Shown: positions 1-8,413 of the stretch, in pieces
Numbering within the stretch: the stretch's first letter is position 1
How the letters are laid out: every line of letters begins with the position of its first letter
DNA from: a virus
Taxonomy: Duplodnaviria; Caudoviricetes
Virus record (IMG/VR): IMGVR_UViG_3300047548_001221
Span: 1 to 59,036 of that record
Direction: 5' to 3' (one strand)
Length of the DNA stretch: 59,036 nucleotides
Made by a program: the position numbers and the translations under genes
Notes under the pieces: model-generated
What the model saw: only the letters and a program-made list of their open reading frames with translations
What the model was told of the DNA's origin: nothing
Databases searched by the model: none

Positions 1-980
1 CCCGATGTACCACTCCAACCGCTAATACCACTCCAACCTGAAGTTCCACTAGTGCCTGAAGTTCCACTAGTGCCTGAAGTACCAGAAGTACCACTAGTTC
101 CCGAAACACCACTCCAACCACTGACTCCTGTGAATCCGCTAACACCTGAAATGCCGCTAGTACCAGACCATCCTGATATACCAGATATACCAGAAACACC
201 CGACGTACCACTAATTCCCGAAATACCAGACCAGCCACTTACGCCTGTAATACCTGATGTACCGCTGGTACCTGAAATGCCACTGGTTCCCGAAACACCA
301 GACCAACCACTGACTCCTGTGAATCCACTTATACCACTTATACCTGATATACCTGAAGTGCCACTGAAACCTGATATACCAGATTCACCCGATATACCCG
401 ATGTACCACTAAACCCACTGATACCTGATTCACCTGTAAAGCCACTGATACCTGATTCACCACTAAAGCCACTTGTTCCACTAAAGCCAGAAGGTCCTTG
501 TAATGGTCCTATGTTAGACCATGTATTGTTACCGTTACTTACTGCACCGTCACCTGCATTGTATCCTCCACCTGCATTTAGTATGATAAATACCACTCCT
601 TGTGGTTGTCCATTTGGAAGAAATGTATAATCAAATACGCTTCCTGCAAGTTGAATACCTTTACCTGAAAACCCACTAAATCCAGATGCACCTGAAAACC
701 CGCTTAATCCTAATCCACTAAATCCTGATTTACCCGATACACCTGTTAAACCACTAGCGCCAGACCAACCCGACAATCCCGATCTGCCTGAAAAACCTGA
801 CAATCCTGAAAAACCTGATATGCCTGAAGTGCCACTTATACCTGTAAATCCTGATATACCTGAACCAGAATAACCACTTAATCCAGATAGACCACTTAAT
901 CCAGATAGACCTGAAAAACCTGACCATCCTGAAGGACCACTATAACCTGATTTACCAGAGCTACCAGATATACCTGATAT
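1..980 (-). repeat. Degenerate 9-bp coding repeats (Gly-X-Ser triplets) in two tracts, ~1-500 and ~660-980
   Basis: Plus strand shows repeated ccact/cctga/ccaga units; minus-strand translation has Gly at every third residue. Confidence 0.9.
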
Positions 981-1502
981 GTTTGTTAAATTACTACCAT
1001 CACCATAGAAATATTCTGCATATACATTACCACTAGACGTAATTGTATTTGCTATCAAATCTCCTGTTACGGTGGCATCAAATGTCACTAATCCATTGGT
1101 AATAACATTTCCAGGTACATTTAAATTGCCAGTTGTTTTATCAAAAGTAAAGCCGGCAAATCCACCAAACTCACCTGCATCGTTAAACTGTACTTGAGTA
1201 TTCGATCCGCCGGGTGTTCCATTGCCACCACCACCATTGCCGCCGGCGGCCCAAGTTAAATTGCCTGTTCCGTCTGTCTGCAAGAAATAGCCATTATCAC
1301 CACCATAAATTGTAACATTTAAAATGTCACCTAAATTAACATTATCTGTTACAACAAAATTGTTAGTAGATATGTTATTAGCAACTACGTTGCCGTTAGG
1401 TATCATTACGTTTGTAACGACATTGCCGTTTGCGTCGATAACAGTGTTAGCTGGTATGCCTACACTAAAGCCACCCGCAGAATTGAATGGTTCAGATGCC
1501 AT
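1..1502 (-). CDS. Collagen-like (Gly-X-Ser) fibre/virion protein, partial (3' end runs off the window)
   Basis: ATG at 1502 ([11 protein letters not shown]...) and the frame stays open to position 1, so the ORF track missed it. N-terminal fibre-type motifs [18 protein letters not shown] and [12 protein letters not shown], then long [14 protein letters not shown] tracts. GATAAATA promoter and AGGA upstream. Confidence 0.85.
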   Translation of the reverse strand, partial: MASEPFNSAGGFSVGIPANTVIDANGNVVTNVMIPNGNVVANNISTNNFVVTDNVNLGDILNVTIYGGDNGYFLQTDGTGNLTWAAGGNGGGGNGTPGGSNTQVQFNDAGEFGGFAGFTFDKTTGNLNVPGNVITNGLVTFDATVTGDLIANTITSSGNVYAEYFYGDGSNLTNISGISGSSGKSGYSGPSGWSGFSGLSGLSGLSGLSGYSGSGISGFTGISGTSGISGFSGLSGFSGRSGLSGWSGASGLTGVSGKSGFSGLGLSGFSGASGFSGFSGKGIQLAGSVFDYTFLPNGQPQGVVFIILNAGGGYNAGDGAVSNGNNTWSNIGPLQGPSGFSGTSGFSGESGISGFTGESGISGFSGTSGISGESGISGFSGTSGISGISGISGFTGVSGWSGVSGTSGISGTSGTSGITGVSGWSGISGISGTSGVSGISGISGWSGTSGISGVSGFTGVSGWSGVSGTSGTSGTSGTSGTSGTSGTSGWSGISGWSGTS

Positions 1503-1531
1503 ATTTTATCCTAGAATGTATCTCAATAATA

Positions 1532-1539
1532 TATTTATC
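1532..1539 (-). promoter_or_regulatory. T4-like late promoter (GATAAATA)
   Basis: Resembles the T4 gp55 consensus TATAAATA; ~30 nt upstream of ATG 1502. Confidence 0.7.
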
Positions 1540-1619
1540 TAAACCAATCAAATAGATTTAAGGAAAAAAGCACTAAGGATATCTTTTCGTGTTGACTGCT
1601 CAAACTAAAAACATACCCA

Positions 1620-1649
1620 ACAAAAGGGGCACTTAAGTGCCCCTTTTGT
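1620..1649. terminator. Intrinsic, potentially bidirectional terminator after the major capsid gene
   Basis: Perfect 30-bp palindrome ACAAAAGGGGCACTT/AAGTGCCCCTTTTGT with T-runs on both strands. A second hairpin TTAATATCT-GTAA-AGATATTAA lies at 1654-1675. Confidence 0.85.
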
Positions 1650-1688
1650 GTTGTTAATATCTGTAAAGATATTAAAATGTACTGAATT

Positions 1689-2885
1689 TCACTGGAAGGT
1701 GAGGTTCTGTACGGCAATCTCACCAACATAGTCAGCAGCATTACCGAATGATGATGCTGTGTTTGTTAATTCGATGTAGCCATAACGTGTCATGAACGAT
1801 ACGACTGGTTCGAATGTTGATGGATCTAGAACAACACCACTGCTCATCAATGGAATGTATGGGCAATAGAATGCTGCTGCGTCAGTTTCGCTAGAACCCT
1901 TATAACCAACTAACACAGGTGTTGTGTCAGGAGCATAAGAGTCAACGAACACGCGCATTGCACCGTTCAATGTACCAACAAACTTAGTATTTGTTGGAGC
2001 TTCAAATGTACCTTCTGTTGTACGTGCAAATGCAGAAGTTGTAGCACTTTGTAGTACTGTCAACGCTGCGCTTGAAACAACTGCCCAGTTACCTGCACCA
2101 CGGCGAGTGCGTTGAGCAATCAAGTTAGCAACACGGTTGATTAGAACTGCTAGAGCAGCATGTTCATCACCAACATATGTAGCAGTACCGGAAACAGTTG
2201 CTTGGTTGTATGTGAACTCTGTGCTTGCTAGAGTACGTAGAGACAATAGAATTTCTTGGTCGATTTCAGCAGTAATTTCTTGTGCTAAAGCGGCCATGAT
2301 TTCTGCTTCGACGTCAATGCCATGCTGACTTTGTGCGTCTTGAGCAGCTTCGAATGTCCAACGTGCTTGTAACTTACGTGACTTAGCTTCAACAGCTTGA
2401 CGTAGAATCTGTACGCTAATTTGCTTACCACCGTTGCCTTCAAGAGCTGCAGTATCATTAGCAGTATAGAAGTTGGTTGATCCGGTATTCTGAGGTACAC
2501 GTGAGTATGCCTGTGCAATCTTGAACGGACTTAGTGCTTCTTCACCTGCTGTTACGCTTGTCTGTGCGGCACTGTTGTCTGTCAATGACTGAGCATAACG
2601 AACACGTAATGTGTGAATCTGACCAACTGGACCTGTCATTGGCTGAACGCCTACCAACTCGTTAGCAATAACTGTTGGCATTACACGACGGATAACTGGA
2701 AGAATAACACGGTTAAGTGTAGCAATGTTACCTGCTGTAGTTGTGCCTGCTGAAGATTCCTTCAACAGAGCTTTTTTGGTGTTTTCTAGAATAACACCCA
2801 TTGTTGAGCGGCGAGTGCCCTTTAAGCCTTCTAACAGGGCCTCTTTGGTCTCGTCCCAACGGCTTTCTAATAGAACTTTTGACAT
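1689..2885 (-). CDS. gp23: Major capsid protein (T4 gp23-like)
   Basis: Motifs GVQPMTGPVGQI, AKSRKLQARWTFEAAQD, EITAEIDQEI, AAFYCPYIPL, FEPVVSFMTRYG; position in the head module. Confidence 0.97.
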   Translation of the reverse strand: MSKVLLESRWDETKEALLEGLKGTRRSTMGVILENTKKALLKESSAGTTTAGNIATLNRVILPVIRRVMPTVIANELVGVQPMTGPVGQIHTLRVRYAQSLTDNSAAQTSVTAGEEALSPFKIAQAYSRVPQNTGSTNFYTANDTAALEGNGGKQISVQILRQAVEAKSRKLQARWTFEAAQDAQSQHGIDVEAEIMAALAQEITAEIDQEILLSLRTLASTEFTYNQATVSGTATYVGDEHAALAVLINRVANLIAQRTRRGAGNWAVVSSAALTVLQSATTSAFARTTEGTFEAPTNTKFVGTLNGAMRVFVDSYAPDTTPVLVGYKGSSETDAAAFYCPYIPLMSSGVVLDPSTFEPVVSFMTRYGYIELTNTASSFGNAADYVGEIAVQNLTFQ

Positions 2886-2910
2886 TTTATCTTTCTCCTA
2901 TATATGTCGT

Positions 2911-4020
2911 TTATAGCCCTGCCAAACGCTTAAAGTCGATAAGGTTATCATTACCTTCTTCTACTTCAGTTTGTTTCTTGGCAGCTTTATCACCAGTAAT
3001 TTCACTAATCATTTTTGATTCTGATAATGATTGCTTTGCAGCAACTTTCTTTTCAGAACCTGTATTAAGAACTGCTGGTAAATACTTGTCGAAAGCAGAC
3101 TTTAGCTTTGGAGTCTGTACGCTTTCTAGTAAATTTTTCATCACATTAGCCTTTTCCTCATTCAATGGAGCTAGCAATTCTGCCATTGTCTTTTCACGTA
3201 GGTTAGACTCTTTAATGATTCGGACCTCGCGGTCTTTACTTTCAACTAATCTTTTAGCATTATCCAAAATTTGTTTAGCTTCTGCTAACTGTTGATCTTT
3301 TTCTTGTAGCTGTGATATTAACTTGCGTGTTTCTGCTTTCTCGTTAAGATGTGTAACAGAAAATTCGCTTGCAAAACTTTCAAAAATTTTGCGTCCAAAA
3401 TTATTTTCACGTGCTGCTTGAATATCTTCTTTAAGTTGTGATAACTCACCCCTTAGATGATTAGCAACAGCGCCGCTTACTTTTTTTGCACTTTCAGCAA
3501 CAAATTTTGCTTTTAGTGTTTCTAATTGTCTGCGACCTTCAGCAACTAACTTAACCTTAGCTTCCACAACTGCTTTTTTGTCTTGTGTGAATTCTTTGAT
3601 TTCACGTGCTAATGCATGAACAATGAATTGTTCCAATTTTTGTTGGCTTTCTTTCATTGATACACGATCTGTACGTAGTTCACGAATTTCTTCTGCAAGT
3701 TTTGTGACCATAAAGTCATTAAATTTTGCAGCATTTTCACGCAACTTGTGCTGTGCTTTAACACGTTCTTCGTTTAGTGCCTGTCTTTCAGAGTGAAATT
3801 CTTCAATTTCTCCTGATAAACTTTCTGTTACCATCTTATCGAGGGCTTCAACCATCACACTTCTATCATGCTCGTAACGTTGTGCAAATTCTTCACGTAG
3901 TTCTGCACGAACTTGTTCGCGTGCCTCATTCAACTTAATTTCCCAGGCTTCATTAATTTGTTGCCCGATATCTTCGTTGATTAAGCCGCTCTCAAGTAAT
4001 GGTTTGATAGCATCAAACAT
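2911..4020 (-). CDS. Prohead core scaffold protein (gp22-like)
   Basis: Glu/Lys-rich coiled coil between protease and MCP; many L-X-E sites. Confidence 0.8.
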   Translation of the reverse strand: MFDAIKPLLESGLINEDIGQQINEAWEIKLNEAREQVRAELREEFAQRYEHDRSVMVEALDKMVTESLSGEIEEFHSERQALNEERVKAQHKLRENAAKFNDFMVTKLAEEIRELRTDRVSMKESQQKLEQFIVHALAREIKEFTQDKKAVVEAKVKLVAEGRRQLETLKAKFVAESAKKVSGAVANHLRGELSQLKEDIQAARENNFGRKIFESFASEFSVTHLNEKAETRKLISQLQEKDQQLAEAKQILDNAKRLVESKDREVRIIKESNLREKTMAELLAPLNEEKANVMKNLLESVQTPKLKSAFDKYLPAVLNTGSEKKVAAKQSLSESKMISEITGDKAAKKQTEVEEGNDNLIDFKRLAGL

Positions 4021-4033
4021 TTGATGTTCCCCT

Positions 4034-4675
4034 TTATTTGATTTTGAGATCCTTGATGAGGCGCTTTACTTCCTCAGCTAGAAATCTTTGTACTTTTTTG
4101 TCACCTTTAGCTTCTTTTGCAATATCTAACAATCTATGACCATGACGCATATTCATCATACCTTCATAAATTGCTTTAGGATACGCATTAGGAGCACTTG
4201 GTTGAGCGACAATATCCACAGTGACAATTTCAAAGTCACTGACACGGCCATCTAAATCGTTGACGTTACCGCTGCCACGACTAGATACACCTAGCTTAAC
4301 ACCACTCTCCAACATTGTAGTTACTAACTGCCCCATTGGAGTTGGTAGAATCTTTAATTTTCCAAAACCATTAGGACCGTCCATCCACATACTTGTTATC
4401 ATATGTGATACACGATCCAAATTAATTTTTAAATCATCTGGGTGATCTACTTCACCTAAAACTGAGTAACCTTCTTGTATTTGTTTATTAAGAGTGTCTA
4501 CAGCAGTTTCAATTTCAGAAACGGGGTAAACACGCTCATTAGCGTTTTTTACCCCACCCTGAATGAAGATACCTTTCATATATAGGCTCTTCAAACTACC
4601 GTCACCTTCCTTAACCGATTCAACAATTATGCCGGCTCGGTCAAAAGTTAGATGTTCTTTTAAATAAGTTGCCAT
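4034..4675 (-). CDS. gp21: Prohead core protease (T4 gp21-like)
   Basis: GIFIQGGVKNANERVY, LGEVDHP, DRVSH, GVSSRGSG, DIVAQPSAPNA motifs. Confidence 0.95.
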   Translation of the reverse strand: MATYLKEHLTFDRAGIIVESVKEGDGSLKSLYMKGIFIQGGVKNANERVYPVSEIETAVDTLNKQIQEGYSVLGEVDHPDDLKINLDRVSHMITSMWMDGPNGFGKLKILPTPMGQLVTTMLESGVKLGVSSRGSGNVNDLDGRVSDFEIVTVDIVAQPSAPNAYPKAIYEGMMNMRHGHRLLDIAKEAKGDKKVQRFLAEEVKRLIKDLKIK

Positions 4676-5298
4676 CAGTGATTACCTTTCGGTTGAAATG
4701 ACCAACCATTTGTATTATTTTTTGCCCATCTACGGACTGTAGTAGCAGCTACTTTATGTTTTTTAGCAGCTTCCCAAGATGATGAGTATTTTTGATTTTC
4801 AGGTGATATATAATATCCTAAAAATCTAGAAGTTTGCTCACCTTTGCGATTTTTTACTAAATCCGAATTTTTCAAACCTGTTCTAATTGCGTCACGATGA
4901 GCATTAGATTTAGATACACCTAATCGTGATGCACTCATTTTATTTTTTGTAGCAGCAGAAGCGTTGACTCCAGTAGAAGTAAATTTTCCGTCGCCGTTGT
5001 GTCTATTAAAACACATTGGATCATTTTTAGCATCTGTTGATATCAAATAACTAGTTTCTAAATCAAGAATATATTTTGAATCACCTATAGCTAATATTTC
5101 TCTTGACCATTCGGATGATTTAGAAACAATCATAGGTTTTACAATCTTACTGGAACAAAAATAACCATCGGACGGATTAGATCCGAAAGCAGTACGGGAT
5201 CCCACATACCATTTTTGTGTAGGTATGTGGGTCCATTTGTACAGATACGCTTGAGTATTAGCACTCAAACGATCTTTTGCTCGGAGATACAAAGCCAT
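4675..5298 (-). CDS. Free-standing GIY-YIG (Seg-like) homing endonuclease with NUMOD3-like segment
   Basis: AYLYKWT...WYVGSR...DGYFCSS N-terminal nuclease motif; basic SAATKNKMSASRLG repeat; C-terminal HTH-like AAKKHKVAATTVRRW. Confidence 0.8.
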   Translation of the reverse strand: MALYLRAKDRLSANTQAYLYKWTHIPTQKWYVGSRTAFGSNPSDGYFCSSKIVKPMIVSKSSEWSREILAIGDSKYILDLETSYLISTDAKNDPMCFNRHNGDGKFTSTGVNASAATKNKMSASRLGVSKSNAHRDAIRTGLKNSDLVKNRKGEQTSRFLGYYISPENQKYSSSWEAAKKHKVAATTVRRWAKNNTNGWSFQPKGNH

Positions 5299-5312
5299 TG
5301 CTCTCAGTTTCC

Positions 5313-6197
5313 TTATCTAACAATTTTCTTTACAGACTTCTTAGTCTCAGACACCGGGCTCTTTGTGTTTACGCCACTAGCTTGTGACTTAACTGCTGCT
5401 GGTGCCTTTTCTAAGTCTTGTCCTGCTTGAGCAGGAGCATTTTTCCATTGCTTTGCATGTTTAACTTCGGTTTCACCCTTAGAATATGCATTGCTTGGAT
5501 TTTTGGGACTTGTTGGAACTGCTTCAGATTGACCAGAGAATCTTACTGGCTTGCTGTCCATTCCTGCTTGTCCGCTATTTTGAAGGCCTGGGCTTTTGGT
5601 TTGCGCACCATTGTCGCCCATTTTTCCAAATGTGTTATATGTTTGTCCGCCGACTTTTTTCAATGTGATAGCTTCCATGACAGATTCTTCACCTTCTTCT
5701 TCGTCGCCTTCTTCGCCTTCTTCGTCACCCATGTCAGCAACATCTTCTTCGTCACCCATGTCGTCGTCATCACCCATGTCGTCGTCATCACCCATGTCGT
5801 CGTCACCACCCATGTCGTCATCACCGCCGCCCATGATTTCTTCGAACTCAGCCATTAATTGGTCTAACTTATCTTCAATACGGATAACAGCATCTTCAAC
5901 TTCGCTGCTTTCTTCACCCATATCATCTGGTTCGATGTCAACTGTTTCTTCATCATCGATTGCTAGTTCATCTTCTTCGGTCATACCACCGGCTTCTTCT
6001 GCATTGATTTCATCCATTAAATCACCGACTTCACCAACCATGCCTGGTTCGCCCATTTCCATCATTTCTTCATCCATGATAGATTCGTAGATTTCTCTAG
6101 ATTTTTCGACAACTATTTCGTGAAATAATTCACGTGCTTGTTCTTCGTTCTCATTGATAATAAGATCAATGAGCTTTTCAAATTTTTTGTTATCCAT
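5313..6197 (-). CDS. Highly acidic prohead core/scaffold-associated protein
   Basis: D/E-rich 294 aa in the head module; own late promoter and AGGAG RBS. Confidence 0.6.
   Translation of the reverse strand: MDNKKFEKLIDLIINENEEQARELFHEIVVEKSREIYESIMDEEMMEMGEPGMVGEVGDLMDEINAEEAGGMTEEDELAIDDEETVDIEPDDMGEESSEVEDAVIRIEDKLDQLMAEFEEIMGGGDDDMGGDDDMGDDDDMGDDDDMGDEEDVADMGDEEGEEGDEEEGEESVMEAITLKKVGGQTYNTFGKMGDNGAQTKSPGLQNSGQAGMDSKPVRFSGQSEAVPTSPKNPSNAYSKGETEVKHAKQWKNAPAQAGQDLEKAPAAVKSQASGVNTKSPVSETKKSVKKIVR
5752..5823. repeat. 4 x 18-bp tandem repeat (TCACCCATGTCGTCGTCA) encoding DDDMG(D/G)
   Basis: Three exact copies plus one with 2 mismatches. Confidence 0.9.
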
Positions 6198-6235
6198 TTG
6201 TTAGTTTCTCCTGAATAGAATGGCTTTGTAATAAT

Positions 6236-6243
6236 TATTTACA
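6236..6243 (-). promoter_or_regulatory. Late promoter (TGTAAATA)
   Basis: NNTAAATA motif upstream of ATG 6197. Confidence 0.55.
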
Positions 6244-6339
6244 CTATATCTTAGAAAAGTGCTCAATAAGCATGTATTTTTTACGTTTTAGCTTAAAATA
6301 TAACCAAAAGTTACCTAATACTCCCGTATAACTTATTTG

Positions 6340-6564
6340 TTACATATTAGAAGCAGCTTCGGGTTTAGGACCATATTGAGTATGCACTCTTTTGAGATGT
6401 TGCTTCTTTTCGTAATTTCGAACATCTAGCATCTTACGTAATTTTCTAATTTGTTTTAGTGTTAATTTTGTTTTTCTAGATTGTTTCCATATAGGTTTAC
6501 TATTATCTTGATTTACATCTTGATATCCAGCTACAGGTGGATCAAACATTTCTAATAATTTCAT
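6340..6564 (-). CDS. Small basic head-module protein (possible internal/core protein)
   Basis: 74 aa, K/R-rich helix RKTKLTLKQIRKLRKM; AGGA RBS and late promoter upstream. Confidence 0.7.
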   Translation of the reverse strand: MKLLEMFDPPVAGYQDVNQDNSKPIWKQSRKTKLTLKQIRKLRKMLDVRNYEKKQHLKRVHTQYGPKPEAASNM

Positions 6565-6583
6565 TTTGATATTTCCTATAGAA

Positions 6584-6591
6584 TATTTATC
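6584..6591 (-). promoter_or_regulatory. Late promoter (GATAAATA)
   Basis: Immediately after the portal stop codon, upstream of ATG 6564. Confidence 0.7.
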
Positions 6592-8385
6592 TTACATTGG
6601 TGCACCTACTGGGCCGCCGGGGGCGCCTGGCGCTGCGGCACTACCCGGGGCTGATTGAACCGGACCTGCAACGTCAGGTGCCATTGGTTCTTCACCTTCT
6701 GGTGCTTCTGGTTCACTCATTTCTTCGCCGGACTGTTCGTCAGATTCTATATCCCCTACACTAATACCCACATTACGCAAATCTTGCCCTTCCGGTTCAT
6801 CATCTTTAGTTTCATCGTTTTCTTCACGCCATAATTTTTCATTTTTAGTAATTTCTTCTTCTGTCAATCCTAAAAATCTTTCCAGTGCAAACCGTTTGGA
6901 CATGTAGGGGAAAGCTTCCATTGTACTGAATGTAGAAACTCTAGCAGTATCTAATTCACTTTGACGATATGCGGCAAAATTTTGCGGTGGATTAAACTTT
7001 AATTGGAACAATCCACTATCAATATTAAAACCTCTCCAACGTAAGAATAATTTAAATTCTTCATCAAGTTTCAATGCAACATAATTTTGCAATCGTTCAC
7101 AATACTGATTGAAACGAAACTCTTGTATCATTGCTGTACCCACACGACCATCGCTCAATGGTGTAGTATTATCATCAGGACCTGTAGGTAAATAGGAACT
7201 AGGAACACGCAAGCCGCGCGCTAATCTATTATTGAAATAACGTAGGTCGTCAATTTCACCCAAATTTTGTCCGCCTGGTAAAACTTCTACACTAGAACCT
7301 CTGCCATCAGCCGTGACCGGAAAGAAGTAATCTTCGTTCATTGAAAGTGGGTTGTATGTGGCGTCGACAATTGATTGACCACCGTAGAGTGATGGAATTC
7401 TACGTTGGTGAATCTCGTTCTTGATGCGTTCTACGAATGCCATAGCCATATGACTTGGCATGTTTCCAACGTCAATTTTGAACATCCTACGTTCGGGGGC
7501 GCGTTGAACACGATAGATTAGAACAGCATCTTCTAATAATTCTTTTTGTTTATATACTTTGAAAATATTTTCTAATATGGATTGACCGAAAGGCCAAAAG
7601 CGATCCAACCCTTCTGTCAAACTTAGATGAACGATATGTTTTGCATCTATGGCGGACTCGCTCTGGCCTAATGTAAATCGACTTCCAGTTGTATTGTATG
7701 GCATTGCCGGAACAGTGTAGGGCGTATTAGTTCCTCCTCCTGTTCCACCCAATCCAGTTGCAGGATTGGCAGCGAAGTCTGTATTTGTTTTTTGTGCTAC
7801 ACTTAAATTTTGTAGGTTAATATTAATGTCTTTTAATACGTATTGTTCTGGCTTCTTGCCTTCACTCTCATTAACAATAACCTTAATAACTTTGACCATA
7901 TCGACCCAATACAACTTGAAGTTTTCTGGATCACGAACAAATACTTGATCTCCGTACTTAATAACATTACGAAAAATTTTAAACAACCTTACGTCAAATT
8001 CGTTTAATTTACACCACTGTTGTAACTGAGTTTTTAATAATTCCACTTCGTGTGGAGTAGGATCTTCTTTAAATTCAAACATGAAGGGAGTTTTGTTCTG
8101 TTCATTTTTCATTGTGCTGAATTCTGAAATAATGTCTAAACATGCGTTAATTTCAGCATCAACGTCCATCATTTCATATTGATTATATCTTTCAATACGA
8201 TTTGGATGACCTGTATAAACTTCAGGGAGCCTACTCATATAGTTTCTATAACCCCATTCTAGGTTATCTCTGGCTCCTATACTCATGTTATTTTCACTAT
8301 TATTCCATGAGCCAGAAGTACTATTAGCACCCGAAATGGGACTAGAAACACCACTTCTATTTAAAAATCGTTTTTTATACGTCAT
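6592..8385 (-). CDS. gp20: Portal protein (T4 gp20-like)
   Basis: LLEDAVLIYRVQRAPERRMFKIDVGNMP, EDYFFP, LPGGQNLGEIDD, LRVPSSYL motifs. Confidence 0.96.
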   Translation of the reverse strand: MTYKKRFLNRSGVSSPISGANSTSGSWNNSENNMSIGARDNLEWGYRNYMSRLPEVYTGHPNRIERYNQYEMMDVDAEINACLDIISEFSTMKNEQNKTPFMFEFKEDPTPHEVELLKTQLQQWCKLNEFDVRLFKIFRNVIKYGDQVFVRDPENFKLYWVDMVKVIKVIVNESEGKKPEQYVLKDININLQNLSVAQKTNTDFAANPATGLGGTGGGTNTPYTVPAMPYNTTGSRFTLGQSESAIDAKHIVHLSLTEGLDRFWPFGQSILENIFKVYKQKELLEDAVLIYRVQRAPERRMFKIDVGNMPSHMAMAFVERIKNEIHQRRIPSLYGGQSIVDATYNPLSMNEDYFFPVTADGRGSSVEVLPGGQNLGEIDDLRYFNNRLARGLRVPSSYLPTGPDDNTTPLSDGRVGTAMIQEFRFNQYCERLQNYVALKLDEEFKLFLRWRGFNIDSGLFQLKFNPPQNFAAYRQSELDTARVSTFSTMEAFPYMSKRFALERFLGLTEEEITKNEKLWREENDETKDDEPEGQDLRNVGISVGDIESDEQSGEEMSEPEAPEGEEPMAPDVAGPVQSAPGSAAAPGAPGGPVGAPM

Positions 8386-8405
8386 ATCTTTACCGAATTA
8401 TTATA

Positions 8406-8413
8406 TATTTAGT
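8406..8413 (-). promoter_or_regulatory. Late promoter (ACTAAATA)
   Basis: 20 nt upstream of the portal ATG. Confidence 0.65.

Noticed and set aside
52-630. Pro-rich 192-aa plus-strand ORF
   Set aside because: Antisense shadow of the Gly-X-Ser repeats (GGN read as NCC); the minus-strand frame has the promoter, RBS and fibre motifs.
1-980. Possible CRISPR array or non-coding tandem repeat
   Set aside because: Degenerate 9-bp periodicity preserving Gly codons, with no repeat-spacer structure.
4675-5298. Self-splicing intron or intein around the GIY-YIG gene
   Set aside because: No flanking non-coding sequence for a ribozyme core, and the ORF has its own stop; the protease has an independent ATG.
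5596-6090. Ser-rich plus-strand ORF, and similar antisense ORFs at 2801-3295, 9687-10583, 10695-11153
   Set aside because: Shadows of biased codons in real minus-strand genes; no RBS or motifs.
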